From Novosphingobium sp. (GTDB lineage: Bacteria; Pseudomonadota; Alphaproteobacteria; Sphingomonadales; Sphingomonadaceae), in assembly GCA_031369495.1 (NCBI GenBank), contig JANMOU010000054.1:13195-77194 (forward strand): a stretch of DNA of 64,000 nucleotides, in the 5' to 3' direction. A program made the translations under genes and the position numbers. Below, one piece after another: positions 26,973 to 37,031 of the stretch (positions within the stretch are counted from its first letter, which is position 1; the number at the start of each line of letters is the position of its first letter). The notes under the pieces were generated by a model, which was not told the DNA's origin, searched no databases, and saw only the letters and a list, made by a program, of their open reading frames with translations.

Positions 26973-27964
26973 GCCCAGCCCTCCAGCCCGCGGGCTTTGC
27001 GGGTCAGCACGTCAAGGCAGGCCATCCGGATCGCTACTCCCATTTCGACCTGGGTGGTTATCGCGGACCTACCGACCAGATCGGCGACATTGCTGTCGAT
27101 CTCGACCCCCCGGTTCATCGGCCCGGGGTGCATCACCAATGCATCGGGCGCGGCCAGCGCCAGTCGGTCAAGCGTCAGCCCATAGAGATGGCGGTATTCG
27201 CGCGGGCTGGGGATGAACTGCCCGCTCATCCGTTCCTGTTGCAGCCGCAGCATCATCACCACGTCGGCGCCTTTGAGCGCGGCATCGAAATCGTGAAACG
27301 GCGCAACCTTCATCGCCTCGATTCCGGCCGGCATCAGCGAAGGCGGGGCGCAGACCCGCACTTCGGCGCCCAGTGTGGTCAGGCAATGGATATTTGATCG
27401 GGCCACCCGGCTGTGCAGCAAGTCGCCGCAGATCACCACTTTCAGCCCGGCGAAATGCTCACCCTTGGCCTTGCGGATGGTCAGCGCATCCAGCAGGCCT
27501 TGGGTCGGGTGCTCGTGCTGGCCGTCCCCGGCGTTGAGCACCGGGCAATCGACTTTGCCCGCGATCAACTGGACCGCGCCGCTTGACCCGTGGCGGATCA
27601 CGATCGCATCGGCGTGCATCGCGTTGAGCGTCATCGCCGTATCGATCAGCGTTTCGCCCTTCTTCACGCTCGATTGCGCGGCGTGCATATTGACCACATC
27701 GGCGCCGAGCCGCTTGCCGGCAATTTCAAAGCTCAGCAGCGTCCGGGTCGAGTTTTCGAAGAAGGCGTTGATGATCGTAAGGCCTGCCAGCCGCTCGTCA
27801 CGCTTGTGAGCAGAGCGGTTGAGTTCGACCCATTGTTCCGCTTCATCAAGCAGGAACAGGATCTCCCATGGGGCGAGTCCTGCCAGCCCCGTAAGCCCAC
27901 GGTGCGGGAAGGCGGCGGAGCCAGCTGGATAGCGGCTCGCTGGGTCAAGGATCGGCGATGTCAT
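26969..27964 (-). CDS. pyrB: aspartate carbamoyltransferase catalytic subunit
   Basis: STRTLLSFE and HPTQGLLD motifs. Trimmed to MTSPILDP. Confidence 0.92.
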   Translation of the reverse strand: MTSPILDPASRYPAGSAAFPHRGLTGLAGLAPWEILFLLDEAEQWVELNRSAHKRDERLAGLTIINAFFENSTRTLLSFEIAGKRLGADVVNMHAAQSSVKKGETLIDTAMTLNAMHADAIVIRHGSSGAVQLIAGKVDCPVLNAGDGQHEHPTQGLLDALTIRKAKGEHFAGLKVVICGDLLHSRVARSNIHCLTTLGAEVRVCAPPSLMPAGIEAMKVAPFHDFDAALKGADVVMMLRLQQERMSGQFIPSPREYRHLYGLTLDRLALAAPDALVMHPGPMNRGVEIDSNVADLVGRSAITTQVEMGVAIRMACLDVLTRKARGLEGWA

Positions 27965-28128
27965 TGAAGACGGCGTAATAGCGAGGCATCGCTGTGGGGG
28001 CAAGTGCCCTGTGGGATTGTCACCTGACGATGCCGCTGGCCGATCCCTTTGGGGCGCTGGTCGAGCACATGCTGGCATTGCGGGCGCATCGTGCCTATGT
28101 CCCCCGCACGATTGATAAGGATCACCGC

Positions 28129-30015
28129 ATGCTCTTCGCCCGCAAGGTTTGGCACTTTCTCGTCGCGATCAAGGACGGGCTGGTTCTGCTGTTCATGCTG
28201 CTGTTTTTCATGGCGCTCTATGCGGTCTTGACTGCCCGGCCCAGCGCCGGGACGCTGCGTGATGGCGCCCTGCTGCTCAACCTGAAGGGTTCGGTGGTCG
28301 AAGAACCGGCGGTACGCGATCCGGTTGAGGGGCTGCTCTCGGGCAGCGATCAGCCGCGCGAATACCGTGCACGCGACCTGGTCCGGGCGATCGAGCTGGC
28401 CGCCAGCGATGACCGGATCAAGACTGTGGTGCTCGATCTCAGCCAGTTCTCCGGCGGCGGCCTCGTGACGCTGCAAGAGGTTGGCGCGGCGATCGACAAG
28501 GTTCGTGCCGCCAAAAAGCCGGTGCTGACCTATGCAATGGTCTATTCCGACGATGCTCTGCTGCTGGCGGCCCATGCCAGCGAAGTCTGGGTCCATCCGC
28601 TCGGCGGGGCCTTTGCGATGGGGCCGGGCGGCGACCGCCTGTACTTCGGCGGGTTGTTCCAGAAATATAAGGTCAACCTCCACGTCTATAAAGTCGGGAC
28701 GTACAAGGATTTCGTTGAGCCCTATCTGTACGACAAGGCCTCAGACGCTTCGAAGCAGGCGCGCGGCGCGCTGCTCGGCTCGCTGTGGGAAGAATGGCAG
28801 GCTGACGTTACCAAGGCCCGGCCCAAGGCGAATCTGGCCATGGCGACCAAGGATCCGGCCGGCTGGATGGCGGCAGCCAAGGGTAATGCGGCGCAGGCTG
28901 CACTCAGCGCCGGGCTGGTCGACAAACTGGGCGATGACGTGGCCTTTGGCGAACGGGTCAAAGCGATTGCCGGTGAAGACCCGGCCGATGACAGCCCCGG
29001 CGCCTTCGCACACAACAAGGCCTCGACCTTGCTGGCGGCGCATACCGAAAAGCGCAGCGGCGAAGCGATTGCGGTGGTCACCGTCGCCGGATCGATTGTC
29101 GATGGCAAGGCTGGGCCCGGCACGGCTGGGGGCGAAAGGATCGCCAAGCTGATCGACGAAGCGACTGTATCAGATGCCAAGGCTTTGGTGCTGCGGGTCG
29201 ATTCGGGCGGGGGGTCGGTGTTTGCCTCGGAACAGATCCGCACCGCGCTCGAACGGTTCAAGGCCAAGGACAACCGTCCGGTGGCAGTCTCGATGGTCAA
29301 CTATGCGGCCAGCGGCGGTTATTGGGTGGCTACTCCAGCAAACCGGATCTTCGCCCAGCCGGGGACGATTACGGGTTCGATCGGGATCTTCGCGATCCTG
29401 CCCAGCTTTGAACGGACTCTGGCTGACTACGGGGTCAAATCCGACGGGATCAGAACCACGCCGATTTCAGGACAGCCCGATATTCTGACCGGGTTTACCC
29501 CTGACGTTGAAAAGATGCTCCAGGCCAATATCGAAAATGGCTATTCGCGCTTCATCGGCCTGGTCGCCAAATCGCGCGGCAAGACGCCGGAACAGATCGA
29601 CGCGATTGCCCAAGGCCGGGTCTGGGATGGCGGAACCGCGCGGCAGAACGGACTGGTCGATCAGTTCGGCGGCCTGCCAGAGGCGCTGGCCTGGGTGGCG
29701 GGTGCCGCCAAGCTGGAGGAATGGCATGCCGATTACTATGGCAGCGACGCTGATCCCTATGCCTCCTTGCTCGAACGCCTGTCGGGCGGCGACGATGAAC
29801 AGGACAGCCAGCCCGCCGCGACTGACTTTGCCGGGCTGATTGCCCAGCGCCAGCAGGTCCAGTTCGGCCGGGTGCTGGGCGAGCTGGCCTGGTTGGGGCA
29901 GGCGCGCGGGGCGCAGGCGTTGTGCCTTGATTGCCCGCTGCCGGTCGCGGCCAAGGCGCCCCCGCTGAAAGGCGGCTGGATCGGAAATCTGGCAGCGGTG
30001 CTTGGGATGCGCTGA
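28129..30015 (+). CDS. sppA: signal peptide peptidase SppA, 67K type
   Basis: N-terminal TM and two tandem ClpP/crotonase-like S49 domains. The start could also be at 28030, so it is uncertain. Confidence 0.85.
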   Translation: MLFARKVWHFLVAIKDGLVLLFMLLFFMALYAVLTARPSAGTLRDGALLLNLKGSVVEEPAVRDPVEGLLSGSDQPREYRARDLVRAIELAASDDRIKTVVLDLSQFSGGGLVTLQEVGAAIDKVRAAKKPVLTYAMVYSDDALLLAAHASEVWVHPLGGAFAMGPGGDRLYFGGLFQKYKVNLHVYKVGTYKDFVEPYLYDKASDASKQARGALLGSLWEEWQADVTKARPKANLAMATKDPAGWMAAAKGNAAQAALSAGLVDKLGDDVAFGERVKAIAGEDPADDSPGAFAHNKASTLLAAHTEKRSGEAIAVVTVAGSIVDGKAGPGTAGGERIAKLIDEATVSDAKALVLRVDSGGGSVFASEQIRTALERFKAKDNRPVAVSMVNYAASGGYWVATPANRIFAQPGTITGSIGIFAILPSFERTLADYGVKSDGIRTTPISGQPDILTGFTPDVEKMLQANIENGYSRFIGLVAKSRGKTPEQIDAIAQGRVWDGGTARQNGLVDQFGGLPEALAWVAGAAKLEEWHADYYGSDADPYASLLERLSGGDDEQDSQPAATDFAGLIAQRQQVQFGRVLGELAWLGQARGAQALCLDCPLPVAAKAPPLKGGWIGNLAAVLGMR

Positions 30016-30122
30016 ATCGCAAGGCTAGCGCTTGCCCTTTGGCCGTAGCGCCACTAAGGGCCACCGCTTGATCGCTGAATTGGTTCGCGCGCGCGGGCTG
30101 ATCTGGCGAACTTCGTCGGGCT

Positions 30123-30207
30123 GCGGGCGTGGCGGAATTGGTAGACGCGCTGGTTTTAGGTACCAGTATCGCAAGATGTGGGGGTTCGAGTCCCTTCGCC
30201 CGCACCA
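30123..30207 (+). tRNA. tRNA-Leu (anticodon TAG)
   Basis: Acceptor GCGGGCG/CGCCCGC, anticodon stem CTGGT/ACCAG with loop TTTAGGT, long variable arm, encoded CCA. Confidence 0.9.
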
Positions 30208-30265
30208 GTTCGGCCCGGCCCATCCGATGAAGCGGATGCAGATTTTCCAGAAGGCTTCTTTTGTC

Positions 30266-31759
30266 ATGCAGATTGTCGAGACCACCAACGAAGGTTTGAG
30301 CCGCGGGTACACCGTCAAGATCAAGGCTGGCGATATTGCCGCGCTGATCGACGGCGAAGTGACCAAGCTGGCCCCGCAGGTCCGGATGCCGGGCTTCCGC
30401 CCTGGCAAGGTTCCGGCCAATCTGGTCAAGAAAATGCACGGCCCCCAGCTGCACCAGGAAGCGCTCAACACCACTGTCCGCGAAGCGATCGACAAGGTGA
30501 TCGGCGACAACAAGCTGCGTCCCGCAATGCAGCCGCAGATCGCGCTGGGCGAAGGCTATGAAGAGGGCAAGGACGCCGAACTGACCGTCAGCATCGAAGT
30601 GCTGCCGACCATCGCCGCGCCTTCGCTCGACGGGCTCAAGCTCGAAAAGTTGGTGGTTCCGGTGGCCGAGGCCGAAGTCGATGAACAGCTGGCCAAGCTG
30701 GCCTCGGGCGCCAAGACTTTTGTCGATGCCAAGAAGGGCAAGAAATCGGAAAACGGCGATCAGCTGATCATCGATTTCGTCGGCAAGGTCGATGGCGTAG
30801 CCTTTGACGGCGGCACCGCCAGCGATACCGCGCTGGAACTGGGCGCCGGCCGTTTCATTCCGGGCTTCGAAGAACAGCTGGTCGGCGCCAAGGCAGGCGA
30901 TGAAAAGACCATCACCGTGACTTTCCCGGATGACTATCCGGCCGAAAACCTCAAGGGCCAGTCCGCCACTTTCGACATCACCGTCAAGGCTGTCAAAATC
31001 GCGGGCGAAAGCGCTCCCGACGATGATTTCGCCAAGTCGCTCGGTCTCGAATCGCTCGACCAGCTCAAGGGCCTGTTGCGCGGCCAGCTCGAGCAGGAAA
31101 GTGCCGGGCAGACCCGCACCCAGATGAAGCGCGCGCTGCTTGACGTACTGGCGGCCGATCACGATTTCGACGTGCCCCCCAGCATGGTCGAAGCCGAATT
31201 CCAGCAGATCTGGGCCCAGCTTCAGCAGGAAGCCCAGAACGAAGAAGATACCGCCGCCGCGCTGAAGGAAATCGAGGACGAGAAGGACGATTACCGCGCG
31301 ATCGCCGTGCGCCGGGTCCGGCTGGGCCTGCTGCTGTCCGAAATTGGCCAGGCTGGCGGGGTCGAAGTGACCGCTCAGGAAATGCAGATGCTGCTCCAGC
31401 AGGCGGCCCAGCAATACCGCCCGGAAGACCGCCAGCGGTTCATGGAATACATCCAGCAGGACCAACTCGCCGCCGCCCAGCTGCGCGCGCCGCTCTATGA
31501 AGACAAGGTCGTCGATTACCTGTTCGACAAGGCCGAAGTGACCGAACGCAATGTGACCAAGGAAGAGCTCCAGGCCGCGATCGAAGCTGAAGAAGCCGCT
31601 CCGGCTCCGGCCAAGAAGGCGAAGCCTGCTCCGGGCAAGGAACCGGGGGCCAAAAAGCCAGCCGCCAAGAAGGAAGCTGCGCCCAAGGCTGATAAGGCCG
31701 AAAAGCCTGCCGCCGAAAAGAAGGCACCGGCCAAGAAGGCTCCAGCCAAGAAGGCCTGA
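30266..31759 (+). CDS. tig: trigger factor with Lys/Ala/Pro-rich C-terminal extension
   Basis: MQIVETTNEGLSRGYTVKI start and a central FKBP-type PPIase. The track ORF start (30032) would run through tRNA-Leu, so it was trimmed. Confidence 0.92.
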   Translation: MQIVETTNEGLSRGYTVKIKAGDIAALIDGEVTKLAPQVRMPGFRPGKVPANLVKKMHGPQLHQEALNTTVREAIDKVIGDNKLRPAMQPQIALGEGYEEGKDAELTVSIEVLPTIAAPSLDGLKLEKLVVPVAEAEVDEQLAKLASGAKTFVDAKKGKKSENGDQLIIDFVGKVDGVAFDGGTASDTALELGAGRFIPGFEEQLVGAKAGDEKTITVTFPDDYPAENLKGQSATFDITVKAVKIAGESAPDDDFAKSLGLESLDQLKGLLRGQLEQESAGQTRTQMKRALLDVLAADHDFDVPPSMVEAEFQQIWAQLQQEAQNEEDTAAALKEIEDEKDDYRAIAVRRVRLGLLLSEIGQAGGVEVTAQEMQMLLQQAAQQYRPEDRQRFMEYIQQDQLAAAQLRAPLYEDKVVDYLFDKAEVTERNVTKEELQAAIEAEEAAPAPAKKAKPAPGKEPGAKKPAAKKEAAPKADKAEKPAAEKKAPAKKAPAKKA

Positions 31760-31780
31760 TCTTTCTGGTTCTGACTTAGC

Positions 31781-31810
31781 GAAAGGGCGTCCCGCTTGGG
31801 GCGCCCTTTC
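31781..31810. terminator. bidirectional rho-independent-type hairpin
   Basis: GAAAGGGCG...CGCCCTTTC stem between the tig stop and the convergent DUF2892 gene. Confidence 0.55.
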
Positions 31811-31821
31811 TCGTTACGGTC

Positions 31822-32010
31822 TCACCGCGCCTTGCAGGTGTTAATCCCCAGCAGCGAATAGGCTGGGCACCAGCCGATCAGGCCGGTCAGCAGCGGCACG
31901 ATCCCGATCCAGGTCCACGGGGTATATTGGCCAGTGATCGCCAGATAGAGCAGGACCAGCCCTGCGACGATTCGCAGAAAGCGGTCGGTTTGTCCTTCGT
32001 TGCGGGTCAT
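31822..32010 (-). CDS. DUF2892 (YgaP-like) small membrane protein
   Basis: 62 aa. RFLRIVAGLVLL...GWCPAYSLLGINTC signature. Confidence 0.7.
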   Translation of the reverse strand: MTRNEGQTDRFLRIVAGLVLLYLAITGQYTPWTWIGIVPLLTGLIGWCPAYSLLGINTCKAR

Positions 32011-32103
32011 CTGCCGGTTCCTTTATTGCCATGTCGATCGGCCGGCAATGACAGGTCTGGGCGGGCCCGCACTGATCCAGATCATAAAACCAGAAGATTT
32101 TGC

Positions 32104-33609
32104 CTACTCCCCCCAGCGTTTGAAGCTGGGGCGGGCGACCGGGGTGGTCCGGGCGCGCTCATAGGCGGCGCCGAGGCCGAGCACGCGGGCATCGTCCCAC
32201 TTCGCGCCGATCAGGCTGAGGCCGATCGGCAGGCCTTCGACGGCGCCCATTGGCACGGTCAGGTGCGGATAGCCGGCGATTGCGGCGAGGCTGCCCGCGC
32301 CGATGGGCAGGAAATGGTCGCCGGTGACCAGATCAATCGGCCAGGCCGGGCCCTCGGTCGGCGCGATCAGGGCCACGACGGAATTCTCGCGCAGCAACCG
32401 GTCGATCCCTTCGGCCCCCGCCAGCCGCAGCGAATTGGCCCGCGCCGCCAGATAGGCTGGACGGTCGCTGAGTTGGTCGGCTGCTTCAAAGGTCTCCTGC
32501 CCGAACCAGCGCAGTTCCTCCGGGTGAGCTTTGTTGAACGCAATTACATCGGCCAGTGTGCGGACTTTGGGCGTGCCCGGCAGGCCCTCAAGATAGGCGT
32601 TGAGGCCCTCTTTCAGCTCGAACCGCAGCACCAGACCTTCATCGCGAAACATCTCGCCGGGCGGATCATAGTCAATCGGCACGAGGATCGCCCCGGCGGC
32701 GACCAGATCGGCCTGGGTCTTCGCGAACACTGCGTTCACTCCAGAGTGCGGTCCGGCCTGTTTGCGCAGCACACCGATGCGGACGCCTTTCAGGCTGGCC
32801 GTTCCAAGCCCCTTGGTGAAATCGGTCTTGCGGGCATCGGCCTCCGCCGTGGCGCGGTCGGCCGGGTCGCTCCCGGCAATCGCGTTCAGCAGTAGCGCGG
32901 CATCGGCCACGCTGTGCGTCATCGGCCCGGCGGTGTCCTGGCTGGCGCTGATTGGGACGATGTGCGTCCGGCTGACCAGACCAACAGTCGGTTTGAACCC
33001 GACGATCCCATTGGCGCTGGCCGGGCAGGTGATCGACCCATCGGTTTCGGTGCCAATCGCAGCCCAGGCCATGTTCGCCGCCACCGCCGCGCCGCTACCG
33101 GCAGATGAACCGCAAGGGTTGCGGTCGATCGCGTGCGGGTTTTTGGTCTGCCCGCCAACCGCGCTCCAGCCCGACGAGCTGCGGTTGCCGCGGATGTTGG
33201 CCCATTCGGACAGATTGGTCTTGCCCAGCACCACGCCGCCCTCTGCCCGCAGCCGCGCGACCAGCGGCGCATCGCGGCCGGTGCGGTTGTCCGCCAGCGC
33301 CAGGCTTCCGGCAGTGGTCGGCCATTCGCGGGTTTCGATATTGTCCTTCACCAACACGGTCCGCCCGCGCAGCAGCCCGGTCCGGGCCTTGGCACGGGCT
33401 TCGGCGGGCGCTTTCGGGTTGAAGACGATCACCGCATTAAGCCGCGGCCCTGCTATTGAATCATCGAGCCGGATGATCGCAGCAAGGTGCTGCGCGGCGG
33501 CAGCGGCAGGATCGGATATGGTGCCGGACTGGGCCGGCCCAGCCAGACCAAGCGCGGCAAGTGCCAGCAAGGCGGAGCTGGCGGCGGCGGTCGATAAGGC
33601 AGAGCGCAT
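32104..33609 (-). CDS. amidase-signature family amidase, secreted
   Basis: AS motif region GSSAGSGAAVAA. Trimmed to MRSALSTAAASSALLALAALGLAG (signal). Confidence 0.85.
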   Translation of the reverse strand: MRSALSTAAASSALLALAALGLAGPAQSGTISDPAAAAAQHLAAIIRLDDSIAGPRLNAVIVFNPKAPAEARAKARTGLLRGRTVLVKDNIETREWPTTAGSLALADNRTGRDAPLVARLRAEGGVVLGKTNLSEWANIRGNRSSSGWSAVGGQTKNPHAIDRNPCGSSAGSGAAVAANMAWAAIGTETDGSITCPASANGIVGFKPTVGLVSRTHIVPISASQDTAGPMTHSVADAALLLNAIAGSDPADRATAEADARKTDFTKGLGTASLKGVRIGVLRKQAGPHSGVNAVFAKTQADLVAAGAILVPIDYDPPGEMFRDEGLVLRFELKEGLNAYLEGLPGTPKVRTLADVIAFNKAHPEELRWFGQETFEAADQLSDRPAYLAARANSLRLAGAEGIDRLLRENSVVALIAPTEGPAWPIDLVTGDHFLPIGAGSLAAIAGYPHLTVPMGAVEGLPIGLSLIGAKWDDARVLGLGAAYERARTTPVARPSFKRWGE

Positions 33610-33732
33610 CTGGGTTCCTTGGGCAAGAGAAGTTGGCCCGATGCTGGAGCGTGCGCGGCCCAGATGCAAGCGGCTTACCCACTTGCCCCGTGCAACGCTG
33701 AGCTTATGCCGACCCGGCAAGTGCCACTGCCT

Positions 33733-33861
33733 TCAATGCGACCAGCGTGGATCGACCGGGTGTTCGCTCAGATGGCGTTTCATCGTGCGGCCCTTTTCGC
33801 TGGTCTGAGCCCAGACCATGACCGCAACGGCGAAAGCGAATGCGTAAATGACATAGCGCAT
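33733..33861 (-). CDS. possible 42-aa single-TM peptide
   Basis: MRYVIYAFAFAVAVMVWAQ.. preceded by a GGAAGGGAG SD. Rests on the SD and hydrophobicity only. Confidence 0.3.
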   Translation of the reverse strand: MRYVIYAFAFAVAVMVWAQTSEKGRTMKRHLSEHPVDPRWSH

Positions 33862-33970
33862 GGACTGCTCCCTTCCGGCTGTGCCCCTTGATAACGCGTC
33901 TGGTCTCGCGGCCAGTTTGGACCCGCGCGGTGAATCGTGCGTTCGCAGGGCTGGTAAGCGAAATTTAACC

Positions 33971-34267
33971 CTAACCAGCCGCGAGCAAGTCGGTCCAATC
34001 GGGATGGCGCTGAAATGCGGCGGCGACATAGCTGCATTGCGGAACCACTTTGAAGCCCTGTTCGCGGGCATCGGCGATCAGCGCCTCGACCAGCTGCGCT
34101 GCAACCCCGCGCCCGCCGATTTCGGGCGGGACCAGCGTATGATCGGCGATCCGGGCCCCGCCGCGGGCTTTCCAGGTCAGCCGGCCGATGATCGAACTGC
34201 CGGGCAGATGGGCGTGATATTCGCCCGCCGTCTCGCTGCCGTGGCGGGTAATCGTAACCTGTTCCAT
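33971..34267 (-). CDS. small GNAT-family N-acetyltransferase (YjdJ-like)
   Basis: 98-aa C-terminal part of a 389-aa track ORF. GRGVAAQLVEALIADAREQGFKVVPQCSY is typical of this mini-GNAT. Confidence 0.7.
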   Translation of the reverse strand: MEQVTITRHGSETAGEYHAHLPGSSIIGRLTWKARGGARIADHTLVPPEIGGRGVAAQLVEALIADAREQGFKVVPQCSYVAAAFQRHPDWTDLLAAG

Positions 34268-34318
34268 TGCGGCTCTCCTGCTTGACGGGTGGCGCGGGGC
34301 GCAGCATGGCTGGGCTCT

Positions 34319-35314
34319 ATGCAGTTCCTCTCTGACAATGCCGCCGCTGTCCACCCCCGGGTATGGGACGCGCTGCGCGCCGCCGATGCGCCGCAGCCGC
34401 CCTATGACACTGATGCGCTGAGCCAGCAGCTTGATGCGGTGTTTGCCGATCTGTTCGGGCGGCCCTGCACGGTGCTGTGGGTGGCCACTGGCACGGCCGC
34501 CAATTGCCTCGCGCTGGCCAGCATGGTTCCGCCCCACGGCGGGGTGATTTGCCACCGCGAGGCGCACATCGAAACCGACGAGGGCGGTGCGCCGGGGTTC
34601 TACACCCACGGCGCCAAGCTTATCCTGGCCGAGGGCGAAGGCGCCAAACTGACCCCGGCCAGCCTTGACGCAGTGATCGCCGGGATCCGCAAGGACGTCC
34701 ATCAGGTCCAGCCGCAGGCCGTCTCGGTCACTCAGGCGAGCGAATATGGCCGCGCCTATCGGCCCGCTGAAATGGCGGCGATGGCAGCGGCGGCGCAGGC
34801 GCACGGGCTCGCCCTCCACGTTGATGGCGCGCGCTTTGCCAATGCCGTGGCCTATCTGAACTGCAGCCCGTGGGAAGCCTGCCAAGGCGCCGCCGCGCTG
34901 TCGTTCGGCTGCGTCAAGAACGGCGGGATGAGTGCGGAAGCGCTGGTGTTCTTTGACGAGGGTCTGGCCGAAGTCACCCGGCTGCGCCGCAAGCGCGCCG
35001 GGCATCTTCAATCGAAAGGCCGGTTTCTGGCCGCGCAAGTGCTGGCGATGGTCGAAGGTGGGCTGTGGCTCGACAACGCCCGCGCGGCCAATGCTGCGGC
35101 GCAGGAACTGGCCGGGGCAGCGGGGGAGCGGCTGCTCCACCCGGTTGAGGCCAACGAGCTGTTCCTGACCGCGACTGAAGCAGAACGCACGGCGCTGCGC
35201 GGCGCGGGCTTCTCATTCTACGACTGGGGCCCCGATGCCGCGCGGCTGGTGACAGCGTGGAACAGCGATCCAGCCGATGTGGCGGCACTGGCCCGTGCGA
35301 TTGCCGCGCTGTGA
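34319..35314 (+). CDS. ltaE: low-specificity L-threonine aldolase (beta-eliminating lyase family, PLP)
   Basis: MQFLSDNAAAVHP N-terminus and fold-type I layout. Candidate PLP lysine in FGCVKNGG. Confidence 0.85.
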   Translation: MQFLSDNAAAVHPRVWDALRAADAPQPPYDTDALSQQLDAVFADLFGRPCTVLWVATGTAANCLALASMVPPHGGVICHREAHIETDEGGAPGFYTHGAKLILAEGEGAKLTPASLDAVIAGIRKDVHQVQPQAVSVTQASEYGRAYRPAEMAAMAAAAQAHGLALHVDGARFANAVAYLNCSPWEACQGAAALSFGCVKNGGMSAEALVFFDEGLAEVTRLRRKRAGHLQSKGRFLAAQVLAMVEGGLWLDNARAANAAAQELAGAAGERLLHPVEANELFLTATEAERTALRGAGFSFYDWGPDAARLVTAWNSDPADVAALARAIAAL

Positions 35315-36216
35315 GTGGTGTAACGCTGACCCCGCGTTCGATCGGGGCATTCATCTTTCTGGCGCTGGTCTGGGGATCGACCTGGCTGGTGATCAAGGAT
35401 CAGATCAGCGCGGTGCCGGCGGCGTGGTCGGTGGTTTGGCGGTTTGTGCTGGCGGCCGGTGCCATGCTGCTACTGGCCTTGCTGCGGGGCGAGCGGCTGC
35501 GCTTGACCGCCCGGGAACAGGCGCTGGCCGTGGCAATGGGGCTGTTCCAGTTCAGCCTCAATTTTCAACTGATTTACCGGTCAGAGCATTACCTTACCTC
35601 CGGTCTGGTCGCGGTGGTCTTTGCGCTGATGATCCTGCCCAATGCCGTGCTTGCGCGGGTTGTGCTGGGCAACCGGATGAGCGGGCGGTTCGTGGCGGGC
35701 TCGGCGATTGCCTTGGCCGGGATCGCCTTGCTGATCGTCCACGAATACCGGATCGCCCCCGTTGGCGATGGCGGGGTAACGACCGGAGTGCTGCTGGTGA
35801 TCTTCGCCATTTTTTCGGTCTCGGTTGGTAACCTGCTGCAAGCGACCAAGACTGCGCACGGGGTTTCGGTATTGCCGCTGATGGGCTGGGGGATGTTCTG
35901 GGGCGTGGTGGCGAGTGCGATTTATGCAGCGCTAGCGGTCGGGCACCCGGTTTTCGATACGCGCCCAGCCTATCTGGCTGGTGTCGCCTATCTCGGGCTG
36001 GTCGGGTCGGCGCTGACATTCCCGCTGTATACGCAGCTGATCCGCGATTGGGGTCCGGGTCCGGCGTCGTACAACGGCGTTGCGGTGCCGGTGGTGGCGA
36101 TGGCGCTTTCGACTGTCTTCGAAGGCTATCGCTGGACCTTGCTGGCAGGCGGTGGTGCGGTTTTGGCGATGGCCGGACTGCTGATTGCGTTATCGGGCCG
36201 CAAGGCAGCTGGCTAG
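35311..36216 (+). CDS. EamA/DMT-family transporter
   Basis: 10 TM helices and two EamA halves. The GTG start forms GTGA with the ltaE stop. Confidence 0.8.
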   Translation: MSGVTLTPRSIGAFIFLALVWGSTWLVIKDQISAVPAAWSVVWRFVLAAGAMLLLALLRGERLRLTAREQALAVAMGLFQFSLNFQLIYRSEHYLTSGLVAVVFALMILPNAVLARVVLGNRMSGRFVAGSAIALAGIALLIVHEYRIAPVGDGGVTTGVLLVIFAIFSVSVGNLLQATKTAHGVSVLPLMGWGMFWGVVASAIYAALAVGHPVFDTRPAYLAGVAYLGLVGSALTFPLYTQLIRDWGPGPASYNGVAVPVVAMALSTVFEGYRWTLLAGGGAVLAMAGLLIALSGRKAAG

Positions 36217-36972
36217 CCCCTCGCGGTAGGTCGGATAGCGCGGCTGCCAACCCAGCACGCGCTTGGCCTTGCCGTTCGCGACCCGGCGGTTTTCGGCATA
36301 AAATGCAAGGGCCATCGGGGTCAGGTTCGCTTCTTCCAGGGTCTGGAGCGGCGGCAGCGACCGGCCGAGCAGGCGGCAGGCGTGTTCGATCACCTCGTTC
36401 TGGCTGCACGGCGCATCGTCGGCCACGTTGTACGCGCCCCCAGCAGCGTTCAGGGCCAGTTGCGCAGCCGCAACGATATCATCGACATGGACCCGGCTGA
36501 ACACCTGATCGGCAATGGCAATTCGCCGCGCTGCGCCGCTTTTGACCCGCTCCAGTGCCGAGCGCCCCGGCCCATAGATCCCCGGCAGGCGCAGTACCCG
36601 CGCCCCCCGTTTCAGCCACTCCGCGTCGGCCTCCGCCCGGGCAGTGCGGCGGCCAGTGCCGATGGCCGCAGTTTCATCAACCCAGGCGCCCTTGGTGTCA
36701 CCATAAACCCCGGTTGAGGAGAGATAGAGCAGGGCCTTGCCCTCCACAGCATCACCATAGTGATCGAGCACCGGGTCGCACCCGGTCCCTTCCGGCGGGA
36801 CCGACGACAGGACATGGCTGGCATCGGCGAGGGCAAGCCGGACGTTGCTCGAATCATCGAACCGCAGCGTGCCATCGCGCCCGGTCGAGACCACTTCCCA
36901 GCCTTGCGGCTCCAGCGCGGCGGCGATCCGGCTGGCGGTGTAACCGAGCCCAAAGATGAAAATCCGTTGCAT
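36190..36972 (-). CDS. NAD(P)-binding epimerase/dehydratase-like (atypical SDR) protein
   Basis: Rossmann N-terminus IFIFGLGYTASRI. Its 3' end overlaps the convergent EamA gene by 27 nt. Confidence 0.75.
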   Translation of the reverse strand: MQRIFIFGLGYTASRIAAALEPQGWEVVSTGRDGTLRFDDSSNVRLALADASHVLSSVPPEGTGCDPVLDHYGDAVEGKALLYLSSTGVYGDTKGAWVDETAAIGTGRRTARAEADAEWLKRGARVLRLPGIYGPGRSALERVKSGAARRIAIADQVFSRVHVDDIVAAAQLALNAAGGAYNVADDAPCSQNEVIEHACRLLGRSLPPLQTLEEANLTPMALAFYAENRRVANGKAKRVLGWQPRYPTYREGLASCLAAR

Positions 36973-37031
36973 TGCCCCTTTCCATAGGCGGAGGCGCTGG
37001 CAATCGGAAGCAGCATGGCTAGAAAGGGGTC

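Noticed and set aside
29552-31465. 637-aa ORF antisense to sppA, tRNA-Leu and tig
   Set aside because: It would span a tRNA gene and two well-supported genes on the other strand. It is a GC-driven open frame.
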